Below, piece after piece: positions 1 to 11,464 of a DNA stretch of 64,000 bases; position 1 is the stretch's first letter, and every line of letters begins with the position of its first letter. The notes under the pieces are model-generated. The model did no database searches, had not been told where the DNA came from, and saw only the letters and a program-made list of their open reading frames with translations. The DNA lies in assembly GCA_039096225.1 (NCBI GenBank), contig JBBPEB010000015.1, positions 2,170,001 to 2,234,000 on the forward strand, read 5' to 3'. This DNA comes from Blastocystis sp. Blastoise. Lineage: Eukaryota > Protista > Bigyra: Opalinata. The position numbers were made by a program, and so were the translations under genes.

Positions 1-267
1 ATAAGTAAAGGTGTTTGTATCTCACCATTCTCTCTTATATATCGACAATTCTTCTTCAAAACTACATCTATTCATCATTTATATATATATTTATTTATTT
101 ATTATCTTATATACTCTCATTATTCATTATCAATATCTTTGGAGGCTTCTCTGGATACTCAATAGATGATATCAATATAGTCACTTGAACCTGATACTGA
201 CTATCATTATACGATGTACATATTCGACCTATCACATTGAAATAATATACTTTACTCTCATCACGAA
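1..267 (-). CDS. UEV-domain (Vps23/TSG101-like or UBC-fold) protein, partial; runs off the window at position 1, first exon unresolved
   Basis: Spliced exons (about 267-115 and 61-1) read RDESKVYYFNVIGRICTSYNDSQYQVQVTILISSIEYPEKPPKILIMNNEILKKNCRYIRENGEIQTPLL, matching the UEV pattern L.L.G.I...Y....Y...V.I......YP..PP.......I......V...G.V..P.L. Confidence 0.55.
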
Positions 268-918
268 CTATTCATATATATATATTAATTCAAAGAATTG
301 AATTTTTTATGTTATAACTACAAATCCAGGCTACAATTCATAAAATAAATGAAAATAAAGTTCAGTACAATTTTTAAAATGAGATTTTTTTGTTGTTTTT
401 CTGGATAACTTATGAAATTATAATAATATAATATAATAAAATACATATTTGCATTTTCTTCATTGCCCTATTTGTTAATATCACATACATATAACACTAC
501 CATAAATAAGAGTAAGATCAAAACATATGCATGTTGTTTACATATAATGTAGAACCATTTTTAGAACATAACTGTCAATATTCTTTAGAAAATAATAATG
601 ATAATGTTTTCAATCACATATGTTACAAACTAAAACTACTAAAGATGAACGACACTTTTACTATTTTTTCTAATCACTCCGTATTGTTTTCTTTCCATAT
701 CCGTGTTTACTTTTCAATTATATATATTGAATACACATGATTAATTAAAAAAATTCTTTAAAAACACAACTAACTCCACGTTAAGTATAAAAATGAAAAT
801 AAACTGATAGATTCTGCGATTCCCTTGGTTATATCTAGAACTTCTTAATAAAGCATGATATATCTGTTCATTCCCTCTTTGATTGTCTTTATTTATTTTG
901 CGTTCTGTTGTGGATTTA

Positions 919-1395
919 ATGGATCGCGTGTCAGAGTTAAGAGATAGTCAAGATGGACATTCACCTATGTCAAATGATTATCATCAAAGAAGATTAAGCT
1001 CTGTTTCGGGTATCCTCATCCGAGACGATGACTATTCGTCTATTGAACTCGGAGACTTCCAAGAAGAACCACTTATTCCGTTGTATTCATTTATTTTCTT
1101 TTAATTTCTTATTATTTATACATTTCATTAAATAATATATTTCTTACTTTTCTTTAGAAGAGATCGTAATGGTGTAAAGAATTTAAGAACAAAATCCGAA
1201 AGAAAACTTAAGTTCAATGATGAACTTGGTTCCTCTTTGGAAGAGGTATATTTTAATATAGCTTCATTCTTGTTATAATATTTTGCTTTTATGCTTCGTA
1301 TATATATATTCTTTCAATTCTAGGTTCACTATGCAGATCATTTAGTATATACGATCCCAGAACCTCCCAAACCTAGTTGTTGCTCTATTTTGTAA
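919..1395 (+). CDS. Small (about 108 aa) prenylated protein with RVxF-like motif, 3 exons
   Basis: ATG 919; GT-AG introns about 1083-1158 and 1246-1323; product ends ...ERKLKFNDELGSSLEEVHYADHLVYTIPEPPKPSCCSIL* (CaaX CSIL plus adjacent Cys). Confidence 0.75.
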
Positions 1396-1414
1396 AATAA
1401 TGTGTTTCTATTAT

Positions 1415-1422
1415 TGTTTGTT
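1415..1422 (+). promoter_or_regulatory. TGTTTGTT 3'-end/polyadenylation-associated motif
   Basis: Exact TGTTTGTT 20 nt after the stop at 1395. This octamer is the known Blastocystis poly(A)-site motif, and related TGTTTTGTT/TTGTTGTT tracts follow other genes here. Confidence 0.5.
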
Positions 1423-1945
1423 TGTAACTATTTTTATCTATTATCCTTATTTTATTATCTTTTTTGTATATATACGTATTATTTGTTGTTTTCATTATTT
1501 TCATTATTTTCTATTTATCTATATATTTTATTTATGTTTATTAGCATATTTTTTGTATTCTAACATTATATCTAATTTTCTTCTTGTATATACAAGTGAG
1601 TGTATATATTAGTATAATTTTTTTTTTCTCTTCTTCATTGGTTCCTCTTACCTATTGACATATTTTCCTTATTTTATATATATACTTCAAGATATTTTAG
1701 GATACATTTTTTTCTTTTATTCATTTTCGGTGTTTTTGTATTCTTTCATTTTCATTTTTTTTTAAGAATTTAATAATTCTTTTCATCTGAGTAAGTAGAT
1801 ATTCACTTTTTCATAAAATATAATTTGTTTTGTAATAATCCTCATCTATTTTTGTCATGTAAAGAGCTAAATAAAAATACAAATTTGTCTGATAGTGACT
1901 GAAATAGTCTTAAAAATATTTTTTTTCTAGATACACTAGTAGGCA

Positions 1946-2195
1946 TTTTGTTTTTTAGTAAAAAAATCTATCTATTGGGTAACCAAAACCTTATCTAAAA
2001 AATGGGCTATTTTCTTATCTAACGACAAAAAATCTTCTCTAACCATATGCCAGGAAGTTATCTAACACGTCTGACACAGCTGGCATCTTTTTTTTTTAAG
2101 AGCAGTTTTTGGTGTTTTTCTTTTCTAACACAAGGCAAATATATGTCTATTTGTATTTTATCTGCTCTAAAGGTATCTATATTTTTCTCTAATAC
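1946..2195 (+). repeat. Left subterminal repeat array of the CACTA element (T/ATCTAAC motif)
   Basis: ttatctaaaa 1991, ttatctaacg 2015, ctctaacc about 2037, ttatctaaca 2058, gtctgaca about 2069, ttttctaaca about 2121. Confidence 0.8.
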
Positions 2196-2393
2196 ACATT
2201 TTAAACACATTATCATGTATTTTTAAGATAAAATTTGGGTGCTATTTGTTGGATAAAACCTGTCTTATTTATTTATTTAATCGTTGTGTGAATGATAATT
2301 AAAATTATATTAACAAAAGACAATAAATAATAATATAATAATTAAAACAATAAGAAAAATAAGAAAAATAATAATTATTTTTGTTTGTTTTAA

Positions 2394-2884
2394 CTAAGTG
2401 GGAACCATTTTGATGACTATACATATAAAAATAATAGAAATAATAATAATATAGATAATAAATTAATATATACCTTGTAATGAAACTTCTAAAGCGACTC
2501 CATGAAGAAAAACCACAACTATAAAAATAAATGTAAACAAATATATATAATATAATAATATACCTTCAACCATCAAGAAATTGTTGACCAATCGGAACCA
2601 CTGAGAAAACCTAGAACCTATATAAAAATAAAAAATAGTTAATTTCAAAAAATATTAATATAATTAAATACCTTTAGAACCATGAAGTTGTCGACTAGGG
2701 AGACCTCCTACAACATCTGAACCTATATAAGATAATATTAATAAAAAAACTACAACAACGGAAAAAAATATACCTTTTATAGCACCGGATTTCGGATCAC
2801 CTAAACCACACAACTCATGAGTTAACTTTAAAATATGAAGAGGAATCAGGACCTATTTGAAGCTATTTCGACGGACCCGTAAGC
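2394..2884 (-). pseudogene. Small multi-exon spliced unit inside the CACTA element, unknown product
   Basis: GC-richer exons 2884-2774, 2722-2672, 2617-2564, 2518-2474 and 2416-2394 separated by clean GT-AG introns; the phase-1 frame has a single internal TAG. Confidence 0.55.
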
Positions 2885-3439
2885 CTATATGATATAAAAT
2901 AAATAAATTATATAGTATACATTTTAAAAACTATATAAAATAGTTGCGAATCAATTAAAAATAAAAATAAATATGAAATTTTTTAGAATTTATTTTAAAA
3001 ATACATACATGGCCCTAAAAATACAGAAAATCTTTTTTTTTCTATAATAAAAGTCTCTATAAATTTCTTTATTTCCAGGGGTTATCAAATCTCTAAAATT
3101 CTCCTTTTTTCTACTAAAACGTCTATTTGAATGCTAAATTGAGTTATAAATGTATTTTATATGTATTAAGCTAGATTACTTCATTACAACATGTTTCTAG
3201 ACTTAAAAGAACAAAAAATTGTTATTTTTAACAGAATGTAATTTCAATTTAAAATATTTGTGAGTAATATATATATAATAGTATTTGATTCATAATATAA
3301 ATGCCATAGAGAATAAAAATATATATTTGACATAGTTGTTTATAAAGTCATAATTCACATTTACGAACATTTTTATTATAATATATTTTATTTTAATGGA
3401 TTGTTGATATTATAAGTAAGTGAATGAATTGAGAAGGTT

Positions 3440-4287
3440 TGCAAGTTGTTATCAACATAAAATAATAAAATCTAATAAAAATATAAACAGGATTAATACG
3501 TATTCCATTTTACTATTATTCGAAAAGAATTCTTTACAATAATCTCATTCTATAATATTTACAAAACAAAATGAATAATATATAATTAAATATAACATAA
3601 TAGAAGACATATATAAAAGTAAATAGACAATAAAAATATATATATGTATATGACTTCTTTCTTTATCCTATATAAATTAATTATAAAAATATCTATAATT
3701 TAGTATATATATATATATGACATTTTTCATCATCTACAATATACAAAGCGCATTATCTATCAGTCTATATAACATATATAATAATAAAATAAAAATATTA
3801 AATATAATAAGTATAATAGTATATATATATACAAGACATATAATAATGTTTTGATAATTATGGTTTTCAATGAGGGATATAAAACGCTGGTATTATAGGA
3901 GGTATGTAGCAGTATATATATTGATGTATCTGTAGTTCATAAGTATATAATAAGCCTTGTTTGTAGTATGTCTAATATCTATCTATATATATATATATAT
4001 ATAATATAATTAATAACAAATATAAAATAGTAAATAATATATAATATGCTACATCAAAAGTTATATAAAGTGAATATATATATACATAATTAAAATATTC
4101 TTGAGAGTAAGTATTTCCCACGATTATTGATTTATAAAGACAACAAGCCACTGTAAGGAGGGAAGATGAAGGAGAAGATAAGAGGAAAGTAGTATATAAC
4201 CACGGGAATAATTAAGTATATCTAATAAAATATTTAATAAGAAGATCATATAAGTAGATGAAGAGAGATTCACATATCTATAGATTG

Positions 4288-4338
<51 letters not shown>

Positions 4339-5574
4339 GTAATAATAATAATAATAATATATACAAATTCACCTAGTGTCTTCATATCATATCTATCTTC
4401 TTTATTCGTGGCTTTCAGTTGATTACGAAGAAGAGAATATACATATTGCACATCAATAGCTATATATTATACAGAATATTAATAATAAGAAGAAGTATAA
4501 TAATAATATATAAAATAAATATAATAAACATAACAAACATACAATGATCATTTTCTTCTTCTCCTTTTCCTATATAAGTAAACATATCTATCATTTCTTT
4601 TTCTTTCTTCTTTCCTATTTCTTCTTCACCTTCAATTTCAACAGTATTCAGTATATAACTTAATCCATAAATAAGTTCTCCAGTAGGTTTTTCTTCCCCT
4701 TCTCCTCTTTCTTTCTCTTCATAAGTATTCATTAATCCTATTTCTTCTTCTTCAGGTACTTCCATATCATCATCATCCATCAAATCATTTCCTGTATCTT
4801 TATATGCACCTATGAAATAATTAGTAATAGTAGGAGGAGGAGGAAAAGGAGAACTATATACTTCTTCTAGACTATTATGACTCATATTAAAGGAAATAGA
4901 ATGACTATTTATCTTCTTTAATGTATGTAATTTAGGAAGTATATAAGAAGAAGGACAACGAGCTATTTGTATAATCTCTGCTATTCTTGTTAATAAGGTA
5001 TACATAATATCTTGAGGAATAGAATTCAATTCATATTTATATATATATAGACTTACTAATATTATTTCTCTTCTTTGTATTATATATAATAATATGATAT
5101 AATATTGTAAGTAAGAAACGAGATAGTAAGGTATATAACTGAAATGAATTTCAGAAGAAGGTTCAAAAGTATATAATAAATTGAAGAATGATTTATAACC
5201 ATCATTTAAATATATTGCATTCTTAAACCATGTTGTTAAGAAGTCTATGATAATATATAATAATAATATATATATATATATATATATACAAAGCTATCTG
5301 ATTTATAAAGTGGAATCAATGGAATATCACGTGCTTTTCTTCATTTGATTCGGGAGTACAAATACATCCTTAACGGAAAATATACTCACCAACTGTTTTC
5401 TATAATAATAATAAGAATGTTATTATAATACATAATATATACAATAGAATTTCGAATAGAATCAGGAATAGGTTGTGATTCAGAGATGTCATTTAAATAT
5501 AATACTAGCAATTTACTTATACTTTAATACTCTATATATAATATGAATATAAGTATTTATATATATGTATAAGT

Positions 5575-5607
<33 letters not shown>

Positions 5608-6425
5608 AGTATATATATATATATACTTGTACTGTACATATATTATCACATGTATTCAATAATAAACTTTGTAAATATTCACGTTCTATATATAATAATA
5701 AGTATAATTCTATATATATATACGTTGATTAGGGAAGAGAGGGAGTAGTTGACATATAATGGTAGTTGCTTGAATGGATTCATATATACGGTTATTATGA
5801 ACAGCCTCATAAAATATATCAATATCCTTATTTGTTAACTATATATATAAGAATAAGAATATGTATATATATAATAATAATAAAGAATATAATAATAATA
5901 AGTAAATACAAGGATAGCAGTACATATATATTGAAGAAGAGAGAGAGACAATCGTAATGTTTCTGTATTTAAACACTGTTGGAATAATACATCTAATATA
6001 TCCTATATATATAATAAGTAATATATATATATAGTTATATATACTCTGTCTCGTATGTATTGAACAAGTGATTTATAAATAGCAGATTTCTTTATCGTTT
6101 GAAGATCATGAAATAATGTAGTTAAATTAGTTATTCCCTATATATATATATATATGAAATTATTATATACATCAATTCTATTCTTCATATTCGATCTCAT
6201 CAATATATATATATATATATATTAATATATAATTTTTGATAATCACAAGGATCTTGATAACTATATATATATATAAATAAATCATAATAAAAACTAATAA
6301 TAATTACATTTTTCGTTTTTCAGCAAATTTCAGTGTATTAATATATTCATCAACATCAATTTGGCGGGGAAAATCACTTGGTAAAAAATTTTAATAACTA
6401 TATATATAATAATAATAAATACACC

Positions 6426-6456
<31 letters not shown>

Positions 6457-7235
6457 ACACCTTTCATTACAAATAGTTTCAAGTGAAGGAAGAGAGTAAC
6501 TATATATATATATATATATATATGCTTAATTTATACATAGAAAATAAGTATTCAAACTATATATGTAATAACAGTAATAACATAATATATATATATATAT
6601 ACATCTTTTCCAAGGTTAACATCTGCCAATAATAGTTGTAATACAGTTATATATTCATATAAAGAAGCCTCTATAGATTTATATAAAGAGTAATAATATT
6701 AATAATAATGTAGTTTATCTCTATATACCTCAACATATAACTTGAGGTACATACAGAGAATAGTGTCCGTTAAAGTGGAGATTGAGGGAGTCACGAGATG
6801 ATCACATGATGAAATATCTAGAATCTTCTATATATCTGGATGTACATCGAAACTATAAATAAGTATTTATATAAAACCTATTATCATTATTATATATAAG
6901 TGCATAATATTAATTAGAAACAAAGGATTAAAAAATATGTTATCATATAAATACCATATATATATATATAATATAAATAATATACTTTTTATTCTTATAG
7001 TAATAAGTAAGTTGTTATTTCGAATGTATATTGTAAGAATAAATGACGAAAAGAAATGATACATCAGGTAACAAAATAGCTTGAATCTATAGATTGATAA
7101 TTAATATAATAATAAACTAAAAGATAATTATAATAATAATATATATATTTACTTGAATATTCTATTATCTATAAATCTTCACATATTTATATCAATTGAA
7201 ATAAGTTCAATAGCTATTCTTACATATAATTCTAA
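3440..7235 (-). pseudogene. Decayed multi-exon fragment of an alpha-helical host protein (transposon cargo 2)
   Basis: Many GT-AG-bounded exons with protein-like translation (GITNLTTLFHDLQTIKKSAIYKSLVQYIRDR / DILDVLFQQCLNTETLRLSLSLLQYICTAIL; ORF 4460-5029) interrupted by TAA/TGA stops and frameshifts; boundaries approximate. Confidence 0.6.
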
Positions 7236-7239
7236 TCAT

Positions 7240-7264
7240 AAAACAAGTTGTATCTCATATTCTA

Positions 7265-7295
<31 letters not shown>

Positions 7296-7858
7296 CAATG
7301 AATAGATATAGATATAGAAACTAATATTCTTATAGTTTTTGTATATATACTAATAAACTAAAATATAATTATAATTAAACGTATAATAATAAAGATTATA
7401 ATATATAATAATATATAAACATATATATACTTGATTGAGTTCCACATGTTCTAGAAGCAAAGAATATAGATATAGAATAGGTGATTCCAGGAATAAGACC
7501 TAATTTATCTGCATAATTCGTTATATTAATATGAGAACCAACTGGAGTATTATAACTATATATATAATAATAATATATAAAATATAATATATACCCTCCA
7601 TAATCTAAGAATAAATGTTTATTAATAAAAACCCATAATCCATTATTCGTTTCAAAATCTATAAATTGATCTGTTCTATTCTCATATCTATATATATAAT
7701 AATAATATTATATAAATATAAAATAATAATATACAAGAAGAATAGATTTGTTTTCATAGTAAACCAGAATTTCTTACCAATATATTCTTCTATTGGACTT
7801 AATGCATATCCTCCTTTTACATCTGTTAAAGGAAAATAAGTAGGACTAGAAGATATAG

Positions 7859-7894
<36 letters not shown>

Positions 7895-8290
7895 GAGAAA
7901 TAGCAACAAAAATTCGAATATTATTATCAGCATAATCATTCACTTTATCACATACTGTTTCTACTCTATCTTCTTTTGAATATAAATTTGAATATATATA
8001 TTTTGGATAATTTGAAGGTTGTTTTGTAATAAAATTATCTGTATAATGAATAATACAATCACGAATACCAACTCATTTCTCATCTATATATATAATGCAT
8101 ATATTCTATATACAAATATACAAATAAATAAATTCTTATATTAATAATTAAATTAAATACATATAAATAAACATATAAATAAACATATATATATATATAC
8201 AAACTATTTTACAACTGATATCGTATTTGGTATTTGAAAATATCAGAGAAACCACAAGATTCAAGAATGGAGTAAGAAATAACTTTTCTA
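7240..8290 (-). pseudogene. Fibro-slime (PA14-related) domain gene fragment (transposon cargo 1)
   Basis: Spliced exons give PTYFPLTDVKGG...KFWFTMKTNLFFLYENRTDQFIDFETNNGLWVFINKHLFLDYGGYNTPVGSHINITNYADKLGLIPGITYSISIFFASRTCGTQS, matching the fibro-slime pattern FFP.D..G...F.FT......F.Y.....F.F.GDDD.WVFIN..L..DLGG.H......LGL..G..Y...FFAER....S; in-frame TGA near 8074 and one phase break. Confidence 0.75.
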
Positions 8291-8811
8291 TATAATATAT
8301 AAATTGTAAATATATATAAAATATGAATAGAGTAACTAAAAATCAAATGAATATTTTTGATAGGAAAAGAGAAAAAAAGAAAATGTGCCAATGCAATATA
8401 AAATTAAATAGATATATTTATATACGCTCTATATTGTCTCGACTTGTTGTTTAGAAGAAGTACTGACGAGAATAACCAAGAAATCTAAGAGAATAAAAAA
8501 AGAAAATGTAATAAAATACCTTATAATAAATAAACACACAAGTCTCTGTTATGTACCTTTCTAAAACTGGTCAAGGAGAATGTCTGAAAGGAAGAGGATA
8601 TCCAGAATCGAAAACCTATAAGAATGATGTAAAACACTATGATAAATTTTATAAATAAATACTAACACATTATGAACACTGCTTAGAAACATCTATAATA
8701 ACTGTAATCAGTTCTAGTATGTTTATATAAACAACAAATTTAAAAATATATATATGAATTCATAATTCATTTCTAATTTTTCAAATTTATCCTTTCTTAA
8801 AAAACCAGAAG

Positions 8812-8911
8812 TCTGTCTAAATTTTAAAAGTATGTCTAAAAAAAGGCGAGAACGCTTTGGTGCGTTTTCGTTATCTAACGTGACCCAAAAATATATCTAA
8901 CGCGAAAAACG
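8812..8911 (+). repeat. Right subterminal repeat array of the CACTA element
   Basis: tgtctaaa twice (about 8815, 8833), ttatctaacg 8871, atatctaacg 8893; also gtgacccaa, the inverted partner of the left ttgggtaac. Confidence 0.8.
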
Positions 8912-8940
8912 TGCCTACTAGTGATATATACAAACAAAGC

Positions 8941-9595
8941 ATGGAAAACAGTCAAATCATTTCAGTAGCACCTATGCTAGATGTAACAGATACGTAATGC
9001 TTTATATTATTCAGAAAATCGTTACTTTATTTAGATATCAACGATTCATATATCGCCTAATCACCAAATGTACTACTCTCTACACTGAGATGATTGTTGA
9101 CACAACTGTTATATATCAACAACAAAAAGGTCTTGATTTAATCTTAAATTATAATAAATCTGAGCATCCAATAGTTGCCCAGATTGGTGGTTCACAGCCT
9201 GGTGTTATTGCTGCAGCGGCAAAAATAATAAATACATGGAATTATGATGAATTTAACATTAACTGTGGATGTCCAAGTTTCAAAGTGTCTGTATCAGTTT
9301 ATCATCATCTTTATTATTTATAATATCATTTGTTTATAATAAATAAACATAAATATATCTTTAAATATAATAATGTTATATCTATATATATGTATAATCT
9401 TTTAAAAATTTCTAGAAAAATGAGTTTGGTGCTCGATTAATGTTAAAGCCGGAATTAGTGGCTAGTATAATTAAAGAGATGAAGAATGATGTTAGTAAAC
9501 CAATCACTATTAAATGTCGAATTGGAGTCGATAGTATATTATGATTATAAATAATATCAGTCTTTGTTCTTTTATCATTTTTATCATATTACCTT

Positions 9596-9674
<79 letters not shown>

Positions 9675-9959
9675 TTTTTCATATAAAATATATACATAGA
9701 TCATGATTCTTATGAAGAATTATGCCAGTTTATTGCCGTTACACATCGTGAGGGATGTACTGACTATATCATTCATGCTAGAAAATGTTTACTTCATGGC
9801 TTAACAACAAATGAAAATAGATATATACCAGAATTGAAATATGAATGGGTATTCAAGTATATTTATTTATTTATATATTTATTTATATATTTATTTATAT
9901 ACCAAATAGTATTCTTTTTATTTATTGTATAATAAGATATTTTTTTCTATTCTAGAATA

Positions 9960-9994
<35 letters not shown>

Positions 9995-10562
9995 TTACTA
10001 GATGATTTTCCTGATTGTACATTTAGTTTAAACGGAGGTATTTCTTCGATAGAACAAGCTCAACAACTATTTAAACAAAAAAGGTATATATATAAATATT
10101 ATATATTATATATAAATATTATATATTATATATAAATATTATATATATATATAATATATTAATATATGTATTATAGTGCAACAGGAAGAACATTAAAAGG
10201 AATTATGATTGGAAGAGCTGTTATGGGGAACCCCTGGATTCTCCGTCACGTGGATTCCACCTTTTATCACATGCCAGACCCTCTTTATCACAGAGCTAAG
10301 ATTCTATTAGAATATGATCAATACTGTAAAAAACTAAGGCAGTTTTATGGTACATATATATTTATATTATATTTATCTTTATCTTTATCTTTATATATCT
10401 TTTTTAATATAGTATATATATGTATATATATAGGTAGACGTATGGGTGCAGATACATTATTAATCCGTCCGTTGCTTCATTTATTCGCGGGGGAAAGAGG
10501 AGGAGTCGCCTTTCGAAGAACTCTACAAGATGATGTATATATTATTATTATTATTATATATA

Positions 10563-10593
<31 letters not shown>

Positions 10594-10657
10594 TTATTAT
10601 TATTATTATTATTATATATATTATTATTTTATATATTATTATATATATTATTATATA

Positions 10658-10697
<40 letters not shown>

Positions 10698-11207
10698 TCA
10701 TTTATATCGATTAATATATATTTGTATTCTCTTTTATATCTATAGATACATGATAAATATACATTGCATAATGCCATTTCTCGCGGTTTACAATATATAG
10801 ATGATGTTAATTTATTTACTATTGATAATAATTCTGAAGAATTAATTGGACGTGAAGAAGAAATACGATATTACCGTGATTATTTCAAGCCAGTTGACTT
10901 TTTAGATGATGAATATAATTATGACGAATGGGGAACTAGCACAGAACTGGCTTCAGAACTGGAAACAGGGGATATAAATGAAGGAGTGTTTATTGATATG
11001 AATACTCTACAAAGTGATGAAAAAGGAAATAAAAAAAGAGAAGAAAGAGGAAAAAGGAAATATATATCAAATAATGATTCTCTTAAAGATCAAGAAAAGA
11101 AAGAATCGATAAATATAAATTCTAAAGAAGAAGAAAAACAGAAAGAAAATAATAATAAAAGTGAAATAGTCTTAAATAATTCCTCGGAATATATTGAAGA
11201 ACCTTAA
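8941..11207 (+). CDS. dusA: tRNA-dihydrouridine synthase, DusA-type, multi-exon, with acidic/Lys-rich C-terminal tail
   Basis: SVAPMLDVTD..RFIYRLIT...LYTEMI, EHPIVAQIGGS, NINCGCPS (catalytic Cys), FGARLM, TIKCRIGVD, IIHARKCLLHGL...ENRYIPELKY, LNGGI, GIMIGRA..NPW. Confidence 0.92.
9598..9675 (+). repeat. (TATT)n intronic microsatellite
   Basis: Direct tandem repeat within a DUS intron. Confidence 0.9.
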
Positions 11208-11464
11208 TGAATAACTTGTATCTAAGTAATTTTTATATAATATATATTGTTTTCATATTAAGAATTGTTTTGTTTTATATTTATATCTGTTTTTTCAACA
11301 TATAGTTTATCTATTCTTAATTTTAAATGTATACAATATTTGAATAAAAATGTTATAACAAATAAATGTGAATTCTTATAAATATGCTAAATAATGAATA
11401 TACATTTAATATACAATGAAAGAACACTTAGTAATAACAAGATATATATATGAAATTTATAAAT

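Larger units (their letters stand above)
1934..8923. mobile_element. Non-autonomous CACTA (EnSpm) DNA transposon carrying captured gene fragments (Pack-CACTA-like)
   Basis: Perfect 12-bp TIRs CACTAGTAGGCA (1934-1945) / TGCCTACTAGTG (8912-8923); 3-bp TSD ATA (1931-1933, 8924-8926); clustered subterminal (T)TATCTAAC repeats at both ends. Confidence 0.9.

Noticed and set aside
1946-2195. Spaced TATCTAAC repeats as a CRISPR-like array
   Set aside because: The repeats are short, degenerate and irregularly spaced, and they flank CACTA TIRs in a eukaryotic context; they are transposon subterminal repeats.
5290-8085. Repeated in-frame TGA in the transposon cargo, suggesting UGA reassignment or selenocysteine
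   Set aside because: The same fragments also contain TAA stops and frameshifts; intact genes use TGG for Trp and one ends in TGA (51781), so this is pseudogene decay.
3440-8700. Interior of the CACTA element as a spliced transposase gene
   Set aside because: Manual splicing yielded fibro-slime and helical-protein fragments; no CACTA transposase motif was recognisable.
8941-9000. Analogy to bacterial dusA-associated integrative elements
   Set aside because: The element has CACTA TIRs and a TSD, no integrase or att sites, and lies upstream of the ORF; the dusA adjacency is probably coincidental.
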